Positions 19,790-29,815 of a stretch of DNA of 64,000 nt are shown here, piece by piece. The first letter of the stretch is position 1. The number at the start of each line of letters is the position of its first letter. The position numbers were made by a program, and so were the translations under genes. Source of the stretch: an uncultured bacterium (GTDB lineage: Bacteria > Zixibacteria > MSB-5A5 > CAIYYT01); NCBI GenBank assembly GCA_963726455.1, contig CAVSCK010000004.1, positions 1,568,001 through 1,632,000 of the forward strand, given 5' to 3'. The notes under the pieces were generated by a model. The model did not search any database, was not told where the DNA came from, and saw only the letters and a list, made by a program, of their open reading frames with translations.

Positions 19790-21777
19790 TTCTTGCCTTT
19801 GAGGTAGCGGTCAAACCACTTCTTGAACCATTCCAGCCGCGCCAATCGGCGATCCGGTCGGCCGCAGCGCGATAGTCCATGCGGTTCATCGGGGAACCGA
19901 ATTAATTCTACCGTTCTGCCGAGCATCTTGAGGGCGATGAACATTTGTTCGGCCTGCTCGATCGGACAGCGAAGGTCGTTCTCCGAGTGGGAGATCAGAA
20001 GCGGTGTCCGGACATTCTTGATATAAGTCAGCGGCGACATCCGGCGATAGCCATCGGGGTTGCTTTGGGGAGTGCCGAAGATTTCTTTCGAAATGTTGAA
20101 ACCGATGTCCGACGATCCGAACATGGACGCGATATTGACTACCGATCGCTGCGAGATCGCGGCTTTGAAGCGATTGGTGTGCGTTACGATCCAGTTGGTC
20201 ATATAGCCACCATAGCTGCCACCCGTGACACCCATCTTCTTTCTGTCGATATAAGGTTGCTTCTCCATGTAGTCTGCAAACGCCATGCAATCGTCAAAGT
20301 CGACGGAACCCCAGTTGTTGGTAATGGTGTCTGCATGTTTCTCGCCATAACCCTGCCCACCTCGGATGTTGGCGAAATAGACCACGTAACCCTGGGCGGC
20401 GAGAAATTGAAATTCGTGGAAGAAGGTATTGCCGTACTGCACGCGCGGGCCGCCATGGATCTCCAAAACTGACGGGTACTTTTTCCTCGCAACAAAATCA
20501 GGTGGCTTCACAATCCAGGCGTGAATCGGATATCCGTCATGTGCTTTGACGATCAACTCTTCCGGTTTGACGATGCTTAGTTCATCGGTCAGCTTTTTGT
20601 TGAGAGTCGTCAGGCGTTGTAGTTTGGCTCTGCCACTGAGATCACACAGGTGTAATTCTGCGGGCATAGTATGATTGGAAACGACCAGCGCCGCTTTGTT
20701 CACCCGACCAGCTAGCGATGCACCCATTATGTGCAACTTTCCCGTCACCACCGGCTCAATTTTGCTGCCGGAACTTGTCACGCGGTAAAGGTGCGTGGAA
20801 CCGGCGTCTGACAAGACGAAATAGATATGGCGTCCATCAGGAGACCAGTGCAACAGGCCGCCTTCATGACCTTCAACAGTGTCGGAGATAGTCATGTCCC
20901 AGGCCATTCGGTCAAGTTTCTTAATCAGATCAACGGGCTCGCCGCCGCGCACGGGGACCTTCCAGACATGATAGTTGGTGACGCCCCAGGAATCATTGGG
21001 ATTGGCATGACCCAGATAAGCGATGAACTTGCCGTCCGGGGAGAATTGCTGCTTGGCGACCGGGCCGGTAGGCGTGGGAATCCGGCGCGCTTTGCCGCCG
21101 CCGGCAGGCATCACAAACAGATCTTGCAGGTCGGAGTCAACGTCGAAATTCCTCTGGATATTGGTAACGTATACGATCCACTTGCCATCAGGCGAATAAG
21201 CAGGAGATTCCTTGTCGCGGCCACCGCGAGTAAGCTGAGTGCCTTTGCCGTCCGCAACATCGAACACCCAGATTTGTCCTTCTTCCTTCGGGAAGAAACC
21301 GTAGTTGTCCATCTTGTAGAAGAGCCGGGTGATGTGCCGATAGACGGGGGCTTCCTTCTTGCCGTCCTTGTCTTTGGGGACTTCGTCTGCCTGCCGAAAG
21401 ACGCCGAGAATCTTCTTCGAATCAGGCGAGAATGATAGCTGCGAGATCGAGCCATCCTTTTCGACCAGGAGTTTGGCCTCGCCGCCATGGCGCGGCATAA
21501 TATACAGCCCCTTCTTGTCGCCACGTTTGGAGGTGAAGGCAATCCACTTGCCGTCAGGTGAGAACACCGGGTGCGAATCGGAGACTTCGCCGAAGGTGAA
21601 CTGGCGCAGGTTGGCGCCGTCGACATTGATCATATAGATGTGCGAGAAGTATTTCTTCTTGTCCTCCGCCACGGTTTTGACCGTGAATGCGATTTCGGTC
21701 TCGTCGGGCGTGATGGCAACACTTTCGATGAATTTGAGCTTGAGCAGATCGGAAGCGGTGATTTTGCGTTTTTTCAT
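19786..21777 (-). CDS. S9 family serine peptidase (acylaminoacyl/dipeptidyl peptidase) with PD40 propeller
   Basis: GGSYGG nucleophile, HGGP, DLRC and EPHG catalytic motifs, SPDG repeats. Confidence 0.93.
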   Translation of the reverse strand: MKKRKITASDLLKLKFIESVAITPDETEIAFTVKTVAEDKKKYFSHIYMINVDGANLRQFTFGEVSDSHPVFSPDGKWIAFTSKRGDKKGLYIMPRHGGEAKLLVEKDGSISQLSFSPDSKKILGVFRQADEVPKDKDGKKEAPVYRHITRLFYKMDNYGFFPKEEGQIWVFDVADGKGTQLTRGGRDKESPAYSPDGKWIVYVTNIQRNFDVDSDLQDLFVMPAGGGKARRIPTPTGPVAKQQFSPDGKFIAYLGHANPNDSWGVTNYHVWKVPVRGGEPVDLIKKLDRMAWDMTISDTVEGHEGGLLHWSPDGRHIYFVLSDAGSTHLYRVTSSGSKIEPVVTGKLHIMGASLAGRVNKAALVVSNHTMPAELHLCDLSGRAKLQRLTTLNKKLTDELSIVKPEELIVKAHDGYPIHAWIVKPPDFVARKKYPSVLEIHGGPRVQYGNTFFHEFQFLAAQGYVVYFANIRGGQGYGEKHADTITNNWGSVDFDDCMAFADYMEKQPYIDRKKMGVTGGSYGGYMTNWIVTHTNRFKAAISQRSVVNIASMFGSSDIGFNISKEIFGTPQSNPDGYRRMSPLTYIKNVRTPLLISHSENDLRCPIEQAEQMFIALKMLGRTVELIRFPDEPHGLSRCGRPDRRLARLEWFKKWFDRYLKGKK

Positions 21778-21868
21778 AATGACTCCTGAGGCAAATCGGT
21801 TTGCCGCCTGGCTATACAGACTTACAGTTCAGGTATACGGCGGTGACGTTGATTTGACAAACTAAATA

Positions 21869-22429
21869 TCAGGTGAGATGCCCGACCACGATATTGATTC
21901 CGATCGCAATCAGGATCAGTCCGCCCAGCAATTCCATGCGTTTGCCGAAGCGCGCACCCAGAGTGCGGCCGAACAGCATGCCAACGGCAGTCATTGCTGC
22001 GGCGACGATTCCGATGATGACGCTGGGATATAGTATCGAGACTTTGAGAAACGCCATACTCAGTCCGACAGCCAAAGCGTCGAGACTCGTGGCGATGGAC
22101 AGCATAATCAGCGACAGTTTGCGCGTGGGATCGGACATCGCTTTTTCAGCCCCATCATGTCGCCAGGATTCGCGGATCATTTTGATGCCGATGTAGGCGA
22201 GCAAAATAAATGCAATCCAGTGATCGTAGTGCTGAATATAACGGGCAACCTGGCTGCCCACGAGCCAGCCGATGATCGGCATCAAGAACTGGAACAGGCC
22301 GAAGTGAAACGATAGGCGAAACAGCCGTCGCGCCGTCAGCCGTTCCAGGCGGGAGCCCACGGCAATTGAGACGGCAAAGGCATCCATCGCAAGTGCGAGC
22401 GCGAGGCCGAGTATCGTTAGTAAATTCAT
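21869..22429 (-). CDS. mntP: Manganese efflux pump MntP
   Basis: LAMDAFAV and [10 protein letters not shown] repeats, DHWIAF motif. Confidence 0.9.
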   Translation of the reverse strand: MNLLTILGLALALAMDAFAVSIAVGSRLERLTARRLFRLSFHFGLFQFLMPIIGWLVGSQVARYIQHYDHWIAFILLAYIGIKMIRESWRHDGAEKAMSDPTRKLSLIMLSIATSLDALAVGLSMAFLKVSILYPSVIIGIVAAAMTAVGMLFGRTLGARFGKRMELLGGLILIAIGINIVVGHLT

Positions 22430-22659
22430 GCGTCAGCCGGCGCACTCTGCCGGTGAAATTGTCGGTGTCGGGACGGAATTCATCCGGCGAAGATAGACAG
22501 TCGGCCCGAAAGAAAAAAGCACATTCGAGAGACAATGGCGATTCGCCGATGTATAACTATAGATGACAGTCAAGCACGGCACAGAAAGCGCTTGACCAAG
22601 GCGCCCCAAGGGTGCTATTCTGATAATTGACATCTCACTTGATTCCGAAGGAGACATTC

Positions 22660-23367
22660 GTGAAAAGAGCCCTGATTGCGTTAGTTATTCTTTTGCTTCC
22701 AATTTGCCTGTTTACAGTAGTACACGCTCAATCCCTCCACTCATTGAATACCGTGAACGTCGGTGCTTCCGCCACTGTAACCACGGCCAAGGAATTTCAA
22801 GAGAGCGGACAGGGCGACGTGCAGATTCATCTTAACGGCGGCAAGGATAAGGCGATCATCGGGGCTACTAATACTCTCGAAATATGGATTGGCAACGGCG
22901 CCAAGCTCGTGGGCATGAGCGTCGGCTTTGAAGTGAAATCAGTGGCCGCCTTTCGTTGGCTGCAACCGTATGGCACCGCCCCGGCCAGCAACCCGCTGAT
23001 CAAGGAAGAAGGCGATGTCAATGGCGCTTTTGATTTCGGGGGACTGAAGATCAAGCGCGCGGCGGCACCCAGTGCCACTGTTGACTCTCTCCTGTTGGGA
23101 GGAGCCGCCTCGGAGACAGGGTTGCCAAAGCACAAGAAACTGACTCTTTGTTACTCCCTGCAATTCAGAATTCCGTCCTCTGAGACAGCCGCTCCGGGTG
23201 GATTCTGCGTAAAGGACATCTTTGTACCTCCGGCGGGAAGCTGGACATTCAATGACGGCGCCGGTTACACTCCGAATTTCCAGGGACGGCCAGTACTTGA
23301 AGCTCAGAGACCGAACGCTCCGGCTGCCTGTTTTGATATCGTCAAGCAACAGGAAACCGGGAAATAG
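22660..23367 (+). CDS. Secreted protein with cohesin-like beta domain; paralog of the next gene
   Basis: AAGGAG RBS and GTG at 22660, signal peptide, motifs shared with 23560..24372 (EIW, PYG, GDxxxxFDxGGL, DSL, WxFxDG, YxPNF, APAxCF). Confidence 0.65.
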   Translation: MKRALIALVILLLPICLFTVVHAQSLHSLNTVNVGASATVTTAKEFQESGQGDVQIHLNGGKDKAIIGATNTLEIWIGNGAKLVGMSVGFEVKSVAAFRWLQPYGTAPASNPLIKEEGDVNGAFDFGGLKIKRAAAPSATVDSLLLGGAASETGLPKHKKLTLCYSLQFRIPSSETAAPGGFCVKDIFVPPAGSWTFNDGAGYTPNFQGRPVLEAQRPNAPAACFDIVKQQETGK

Positions 23368-23559
23368 CAGCCGCGAGAGAACTGATGCGCGATAAGGCGG
23401 GGATTCCCTGCGCGTGTAGCCCGCGAATTTCCACATAAACCGCTTGCCTTATATTTGCTGTAATAGCATATTGCCTTCGTAGACAACAATATCCAAAGCT
23501 GCACTGTTGAGGACAACAGCGGTCGCTCTTTGTCTGCTTGTTTACAGGAGGGTATCTTC

Positions 23560-24372
23560 ATGAAATCTCGAGTAATGATTGCCGGCACGATGCTTCTTCT
23601 TGCTTTGCTCTTAACATCGCCGGTCATGGCAAATGGAAACGGTAATGTGACTATCAAACTCAACACGAATCTGCCATCCCCGCTGCAAAACATATTGCTG
23701 GTAGACGAATGGAACATGATCGAAATCTGGGTGCAGAACGATGCTCCCCTATATCAAATTTCTCTCGGCTTCAAGCTTGACAACTCTTCCATTGACTCGG
23801 TGCGCTTTCGGACTCCTTATGGAAACCGGCCAATCGGCGGGCCATACTACATTCAGGAGTATGGAGATGCTGTCAACAAATTCGATGTTGGTGGCCTGCA
23901 AGTAACCTTCAGCGAGCGGTTCGACTCTCTTTACATCTCGGGAATTGCCCAGAATGCGCCACTGCCAGCGCACAATTCCTCGACCAAGGTCTATGACTTG
24001 GCTGTGTGGGTATTTGGACAGCCATGGATGTCCGGTGAGAAGTTTGCATGCATCGACAACATCGTATTCCGGTCAGATGGACAATGGTTGTTCGATGATG
24101 GCACTCCTTATGCGCCGAACTTCGCAGGCCAGCCGAACAGCAGTCCGGACAACCCGGATGCTCCAGCGGAATGTTTCACGCTTACTTTCGGCTGCAAAAC
24201 CTGGGGTGATGCCAATGGCGATTGCCTTTGCGATATCTCTGACGCCGTCTTCTTGATTGCCTACATTTTTAGTGGCGGACCGGGGCCCGGGCCTTATGGA
24301 GACGTCAACTTCGACGGCTACGTTGACATTTCCGATGTGGTAGGGGTTATCGAATACATTTTCGGCAAGTGA
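23560..24372 (+). CDS. Secreted cohesin-like protein with C-terminal dockerin type I domain
   Basis: GGAGG RBS, signal peptide, duplicated GDANGD..DISDAV and GDVNFDG..DISDVV loops. Confidence 0.8.
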   Translation: MKSRVMIAGTMLLLALLLTSPVMANGNGNVTIKLNTNLPSPLQNILLVDEWNMIEIWVQNDAPLYQISLGFKLDNSSIDSVRFRTPYGNRPIGGPYYIQEYGDAVNKFDVGGLQVTFSERFDSLYISGIAQNAPLPAHNSSTKVYDLAVWVFGQPWMSGEKFACIDNIVFRSDGQWLFDDGTPYAPNFAGQPNSSPDNPDAPAECFTLTFGCKTWGDANGDCLCDISDAVFLIAYIFSGGPGPGPYGDVNFDGYVDISDVVGVIEYIFGK

Positions 24373-24628
24373 TCGCGCCATACCGCCCAATCTGATGTGA
24401 AGACAGGCGAGATTTCGACCCCGGACAAAGTTTGGCCTCCTCCAACAACCCTGGAGCGGTGCCTGCAAACTCGCACCTGCTCTAATCTTCAGCCGTGTTT
24501 TGCCGCTAAATCGCACGAATGGACAGGGATTTAGCGCAGAGTTTTGCCCTCCTTTGACGCCATTTCAACATATCTAAAGCCGGACACTTTCGGGCTAATT
24601 ATCGCTCCTCCGGCAGGCGAAAAATCGG

Positions 24629-24657
24629 TTGACAAAGACTCGGGCAGGGCTTAATAT
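24629..24657 (+). promoter_or_regulatory. sigma70 promoter for the FadL-esterase operon
   Basis: TTGACA-N17-TAATAT. Confidence 0.5.
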
Positions 24658-24801
24658 TCAAAACCTGTTTACGCAAGTTTGGGGGGATTTGCGTCTCATA
24701 TGTGGGAGGAATAGTAGGAAGATTGTCAATCAGTTAACGCCCATTTCACACAACATTGACCAAGAAACTTATAACTTGTGGCTTTCAATACGGAGAGGAT
24801 A

Positions 24802-26262
24802 ATGGAATTTAGGAGAGTTGCGCTTCTGACGCTGATAGTCGTAGTGCTCTTATCCGGAGTTGTCCTGGCAGGAGGATGGCAGTATCCGGAGATCGGCGCC
24901 AGGGCAAAGGCCATGGGAGGCGCCTATCGCGGCATAGCGGATGATGGTGAAGGTGGCTATTACAATCCGGCCGGACTGGCATTCACAAAGCAAGATATTA
25001 TCAATTTGACCGCCGAGGTCACGACACCAAGGCCAACTGTGACACCGAACTATCAGGCCAACGGCTACGAGTTCGGCTACCTTGACGGGCAGAAACGTTA
25101 TCCCAAGGATAACAGCTATCTGATGGGCGAGGGATCGATCTTCTTCCACCCGAAGAAGAACGATAAGCTGGTGCTGGGACTCGCATTTTATCAGACTTAC
25201 GACCAGAATGCCGATATGAATCTGTTTCAGTTGTCCCCTGCGTACAACAGCACGAAGCAGTTGTCTGATCGAAATCACCACTCGAATTTCGATGTCATCA
25301 CTTTTCAGCCCACTGCAGCGATGAAGTTTTCGCAGGATCGGCTGGCGGTCGGGCTGGGAATTCAAATCAATCGCGGTGACATTTTCGTCGATCAGATTCG
25401 TTTGCTGAACAATCCGTACCCCTACCCTCTCGATATCAGACCGTACGACAAGTTCCCCGAGCTCTATTCGGTAGACGGATTCGGTTATGGAGTGGGCGTC
25501 AACGTCGGAGTTCAATATAAAGCCAGCCCCAAGTTGACAATCGGCGCCAATTATATCTCGTCGTCGAAGATCAAAATGGACGGGGCATCGGAAGAGAATA
25601 TCTATTTCCCAAATAATTCCGCGATAGCTCACATGTACCAGGATCCTCTTTCCAATGCCTTTCAGAAGGAAGTGGACAGCACGTTCAAAGGCAGCCAGAT
25701 TGGGGCCTCAAGCGACTTCGCAGTTGAAATGAAGCTGCCGTCGGAGTTTGGCGTCGGGATGTCGTATCGCTCCAACGAGAAGACACTGTTTGCCTTCGAC
25801 GTCGTCTACACAAGATGGTCGGAATTCCAGGATTTCCAGATCAAATTCACGAATCGCAAGTACGACGGCGCCTACTTTGACACGTGGAGAGCACTGTTCT
25901 CGGACGTTGCCGTTCCGTTCCAGTGGAAGAACACGGTGAGGATCAGCGCCGGCATGGAGAAGATCGTAAACGAACGGTGGACGCTGCGCGGCGGCTACAT
26001 GTTCGATCCATCGCCGATTCCCGATGAGACTCTGAACGAACTGTTTATGGACCCCGGCACCAAGCATCACTTTAACGCCGGCGCCGGATTCAAACTTAAC
26101 GACAAGATTTCGTTTGATGCAGGGCTGGAGCTGGTTGTGTTCGGCAGCCGGACGGTCAGCACTCTTGCCGATGTCAATCATGATGGGTACTGGGACAATT
26201 TTGGTGGGAAGTTCAGCAACATGAGCTTCAACACGGCCTGGGCCCTTAACTACAGGTTTTAG
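24802..26262 (+). CDS. FadL/OmpP1/TodX family outer-membrane transporter
   Basis: Signal peptide, GARAKAMGGA...YYNPAGL hatch motif, RGGYMFDPSPIP, C-terminal YRF. Confidence 0.88.
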   Translation: MEFRRVALLTLIVVVLLSGVVLAGGWQYPEIGARAKAMGGAYRGIADDGEGGYYNPAGLAFTKQDIINLTAEVTTPRPTVTPNYQANGYEFGYLDGQKRYPKDNSYLMGEGSIFFHPKKNDKLVLGLAFYQTYDQNADMNLFQLSPAYNSTKQLSDRNHHSNFDVITFQPTAAMKFSQDRLAVGLGIQINRGDIFVDQIRLLNNPYPYPLDIRPYDKFPELYSVDGFGYGVGVNVGVQYKASPKLTIGANYISSSKIKMDGASEENIYFPNNSAIAHMYQDPLSNAFQKEVDSTFKGSQIGASSDFAVEMKLPSEFGVGMSYRSNEKTLFAFDVVYTRWSEFQDFQIKFTNRKYDGAYFDTWRALFSDVAVPFQWKNTVRISAGMEKIVNERWTLRGGYMFDPSPIPDETLNELFMDPGTKHHFNAGAGFKLNDKISFDAGLELVVFGSRTVSTLADVNHDGYWDNFGGKFSNMSFNTAWALNYRF

Positions 26263-26275
26263 GTGAGGTGCAGAG

Positions 26276-27468
26276 ATGAAATCGATATATGGATTAATCG
26301 TGATATTGCTGGCGGCACTGATAATGTTCGTCGGCGGCTGTGCCAAACGCAGTAATCCGGCCGTTCCGGATGCTCCGCCGGCCGGTTGGGTGTTTGAAGC
26401 CGATCATCAGTATGCCGGCCTTTCAGACAGCGTAGCTTTCAGCGGTGGTTTCCTGTCGCGTCGAGTGATGATTTACACCCCGGCGGGCTATGGCGACCAG
26501 ATGGTGGGCGACCGTTTTCCGGTGCTCTACTTGCTTCCGGGTTACGACGGCGAACCATCATTCTATTATCAGTATGGCAATGAACTATATTCCATGGCCA
26601 GCAGCGTCCAGCAGGTCGCGGACAAATTGATCGCCGACGGCGAGATCAAGCCAATGATCATCGTTATGCCCGACGCTTCGATTCCTTATGGCGGTTCCTT
26701 CTTTGCGAACTCGTCATTGATCGGGAAATGGGAAGACATGATGGCGCGGGAGCTTGTGACATACGTCGACAGCCCGAATAAGTCGGGGCTGCGTACCTGG
26801 TTGACAAGGAGTCTCGTGCGATATCGGGACATTCCTCCGGCGGTTATGGCGCTATCAGAATCGCAATGAAGAACAGCACGCTTTTCAATTCCGTGTCGGC
26901 CACCGATGCGCCGTTGGCATTTGCCGGTGACGGATCGTTCAAGGGCCTGCAGGAGTTGTTCACCCCCTATCTTTCCGAAAACGGAATCACAACTGATTCG
27001 GCGTTTGAGGCGGCTGATACTCTCGGGTTCCGCCCCGGCCATCCTTACAAGATGTTGATCTATTCTCTGGCCGCGACGTACTCGCCTACCGGCAAGACCG
27101 CTCAAAGTGGCCTCGGTAGTCTGAGAATAGAGCTGCCGTTCAACTACCAGGGAAATCTGGTGGAGTCTGTCTGGAGCCGTTGGATGGCGAACGACCTGTA
27201 TACATGGCTCGACAATTCGACCTACCGTGACGCGCTCAATGGACAGAACATTTATCTGGAGAGTTCGGATCATGATGTCAACCTGTTCAATCGGCAAACG
27301 CAGTTGTTCGAGCAGAAGTTGACGTCGCTGGGTATTAGCTATACTTCGGCTACGTTTACCAAGTACGATGGTTATAATGCCCAATCGCGTTCGTTCCTTT
27401 ACGATCGTTTGGCGTACATCCTCAAGTTCCACGACAAATATCTAAAGGACCGAAACGGAAAGTTCTAA
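26276..27468 (+). CDS. Lipoprotein esterase (alpha/beta hydrolase), frameshift near 26800
   Basis: Lipobox VGGC and RFPVLYLLPG. The second frame, upstream of 26866, reads ESRAISGHSSGGYGA (GxSxG nucleophile). Confidence 0.8.
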
Positions 27469-27476
27469 GAACGCCG

Positions 27477-27509
27477 GAATGCCGAGCCAAAAGCTCGGCA
27501 TTCTTGTTT
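27477..27509 (+). terminator. Hairpin or terminator after the esterase
   Basis: GAATGCCGAGC-CAAAA-GCTCGGCATTC followed by TTGTTT. Confidence 0.55.
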
Positions 27510-27521
27510 ATGGGGACAAAG

Positions 27522-28256
27522 ATGAGCGAAGATAGTCAATACGATCTTATAGCAGTTGGCGCGCATCCTGATGACGTGGAGGTCGGCACCGGCGGCGTGT
27601 TGTTGAAGATGGCGCAGGCCGGCTACCGCACAGGCATCATTTATCTTACCAAGGGCGAAATGGGTACCGGTGGTACGCCGGAAATTAGGGCAGGTGAGGC
27701 ACTGGCTGCGGCACAGATATTGAAAACCGATCTGCTGGAAACGCTTGATTTGGGCGATACGCGGTTGATGGACTCGCCCGACAGCCGCAACACGGTCGCT
27801 GCCCTGCTGAGGAAGTATCGACCGAAAATCGTCCTGGCGCCGTGGCCACGTGGTGGACATGGCAAGCGCGCATCCCATGCCGATCATCTGGCTGCGGGTA
27901 ACATCGTAGTTAATGCGTGCAATTACGCGACCCTCAGGAAACTTCCGATTTCCGGTGAGCCGTTTCGGGTGCCGGCGCTATTTCACTTCTTTCTGCCGCT
28001 GGAAGAAACGCCGACGTTCGTGGTTGACATCACGAAACAGTTTGACGGTTGGATTGCCGCTCTGAGCGCGCATGAATCGCAATTTCTGAATCCGGATAAG
28101 CCGCGGACACCCGACTACTTGTGGTCGCTGGAGACCATGGCTCGCAGCTACGGATCGATGATCGGCGTCAAATATGGCCAGGGATTCAAAATCGGTGAGC
28201 CGCTGGGTATTGATGACTTATTTTGCCTGCTAAGCGGAGAACGGGCGAAACATTGA
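27522..28256 (+). CDS. bshB1: BshB1-like PIG-L family deacetylase
   Basis: GAHPDDVE, LTKGEMGTGGTPEIR, HADH and AHESQF motifs. Confidence 0.75.
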   Translation: MSEDSQYDLIAVGAHPDDVEVGTGGVLLKMAQAGYRTGIIYLTKGEMGTGGTPEIRAGEALAAAQILKTDLLETLDLGDTRLMDSPDSRNTVAALLRKYRPKIVLAPWPRGGHGKRASHADHLAAGNIVVNACNYATLRKLPISGEPFRVPALFHFFLPLEETPTFVVDITKQFDGWIAALSAHESQFLNPDKPRTPDYLWSLETMARSYGSMIGVKYGQGFKIGEPLGIDDLFCLLSGERAKH

Positions 28257-28408
28257 TTACCTGACATCGTTTGATCATGTCGTGGGCAAGAAGCTGTAGA
28301 TATCCCCTCTCGTATCGTCGGATCAACACTCTTTACAGAAGAAACGCGCCGTCAGGCATTCCCTAACCTGACAGCGCCTATTCTACTGTTCATGTTTCAT
28401 AACCGTTG

Positions 28409-28786
28409 TTAATCGGATGTGACTGTGTGACCGATGGCGTCGTCGTTAGTCCAGATTACCGTGGTACCGACGTTGACCGTCACGGTCGGAAGAGCGAAAT
28501 TCATAATAGTGACATTGAGTTGCGTGGCCGACCCGCCGGCAACAACCGTTATCGTGCCGCGCATCGATGGATGCACAGTGCAATGATACGGGAAAGTCCC
28601 TGCCTTCGCAAAAGTGTGCGAAAAGGTTCCATTCTGGCTTATCAACGGTGAATTCAATTCGGGACCGTTGCCGCCACCACCACCACTGTTGTTCGGACTG
28701 TTGGAACTGCTGCTACTACAACCCGCGAGGGCAGCCGCCATCAATAAGGCCGTAAGCAGAATCCAAGTCGATCTGTGCCTTAGCAT
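28409..28786 (-). CDS. Lipoprotein blue-copper cupredoxin (plastocyanin/amicyanin-like), circularly permuted
   Basis: Lipobox LAGC. The YHCTVHPSM ligand loop precedes WTNDDAIGHTVTSD. Confidence 0.8.
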   Translation of the reverse strand: MLRHRSTWILLTALLMAAALAGCSSSSSNSPNNSGGGGGNGPELNSPLISQNGTFSHTFAKAGTFPYHCTVHPSMRGTITVVAGGSATQLNVTIMNFALPTVTVNVGTTVIWTNDDAIGHTVTSD

Positions 28787-28862
28787 AATTACCTTCCTTT
28801 CCAGCCAATTTGAAGACGGCCGGATGATTACGCCCCCATACACCGTCTATGTTGTCGATAAT

Positions 28863-28888
28863 AACAGCGCCTGCCTAACGATGTTCCG
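28863..28888 (-). promoter_or_regulatory. ECF promoter (SigH-like)
   Basis: CGGAAC-N14-GCTGTT upstream of the cupredoxin. Confidence 0.5.
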
Positions 28889-28930
28889 GGAATTTGATGT
28901 ATCGGGTAATTCTTCTACAGTATTTTTCGC

Positions 28931-28965
28931 AAAAAGAACAGGGGCGGCCAAATGGCCGCCCCTGT
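28931..28965 (-). terminator. Rho-independent terminator after sodA
   Basis: ACAGGGGCGGCCA/TGGCCGCCCCTGT stem followed by a T-rich tail on the minus strand. Confidence 0.8.
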
Positions 28966-29014
28966 GCATATTACGAAAAGCCGGTCGCAAACAGGGATTT
29001 CCGGCTCCGTGTTC

Positions 29015-29644
29015 CTACCTCGTCACCTTTTCACGCGTCTGGTGCCTGGCGGCGGCGAAGTTCTTGTTCACTTGATCCCAGTTGATCACGTTGAAGAAAG
29101 CCGCGATGTAATCCGCCCGCCGATTCTGATACTTGAGATAGTAAGAGTGCTCCCAAACATCGATGGTAAGTAACGGCGTTTTGCCCTGTGACAGCGGCGA
29201 GTCCTGGTTTTGCGTGGTCATGATTTCCAGATTGCCGCCGGCTTCAACCAGCCAGGCCCAGCCGGAACCAAACAGTCCGGCAGCGGCGGCGCTGAACGAT
29301 TCTTTGAATTTGTCGAAGCTTCCGAACTGGGCGTTGACGGCGTCGCCGATGTCGCCGTGGAGTCGCACGTCCCGTTTCAGCAGGGACCAGAAGAAATTGT
29401 GATTGATCACGCCGCCGCCGTGATTGCGTACGGCATTGCGAATGGCCTCAGGAATGCTGCTGAGATTTATGATCAAGTCTTCAGGGGACTTGGCCTGCAG
29501 GTCGGGATTGTTGGCAATGGCTTCGTTAAGCTTGTTCACGTAAGTCTGATGATGCTTATCGTGATGAAACGTCATCGTTTCCTTGTCGATATACGGTTCA
29601 AGCGAATCGTACGCGTAAGGTAGTGGCATCAATGTGTATGGCAT
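29015..29644 (-). CDS. sodA: Fe/Mn superoxide dismutase, probably Mn type
   Basis: [24 protein letters not shown] and DVWEHSYY. Confidence 0.93.
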   Translation of the reverse strand: MPYTLMPLPYAYDSLEPYIDKETMTFHHDKHHQTYVNKLNEAIANNPDLQAKSPEDLIINLSSIPEAIRNAVRNHGGGVINHNFFWSLLKRDVRLHGDIGDAVNAQFGSFDKFKESFSAAAAGLFGSGWAWLVEAGGNLEIMTTQNQDSPLSQGKTPLLTIDVWEHSYYLKYQNRRADYIAAFFNVINWDQVNKNFAAARHQTREKVTR

Positions 29645-29681
29645 GTTGATCCTCCGTTATGATATTAGTTTTGCTCTATGC

Positions 29682-29707
29682 AACAACGCTTTGTCGAGTT
29701 TGTTCCC
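29682..29707 (-). promoter_or_regulatory. ECF promoter (SigH-like)
   Basis: GGGAAC-N14-GTTGTT, about 38 nt upstream of sodA. Confidence 0.55.
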
Positions 29708-29815
29708 CTGCCACCCATTACCTATAGTTAGATACGAGTTGAACACACTGCTATTTGAGAGGGAAAGAGGTCCGGCATAGCACCGGCAAAAGCTCATGGA
29801 CGGGAAGCCAGTGAG

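Noticed and set aside
22577-22592. sigma54 promoter (GG-N10-GC) before 22660
   Set aside because: It lacks TTGC, and an adjacent sigma70-like TTGACC-N18-TATTCT explains the region better.
22430-22620. yybP-ykoY manganese riboswitch upstream of mntP
   Set aside because: Expected from context, but the hallmark GGGAGUAG and GAGAC(C) elements are not visible in the right arrangement on the minus strand.
24395-24540. Possible ncRNA or MITE in the intergenic region (imperfect inverted repeats)
   Set aside because: The repeats are short, imperfect and single-copy, with no target-site duplication.
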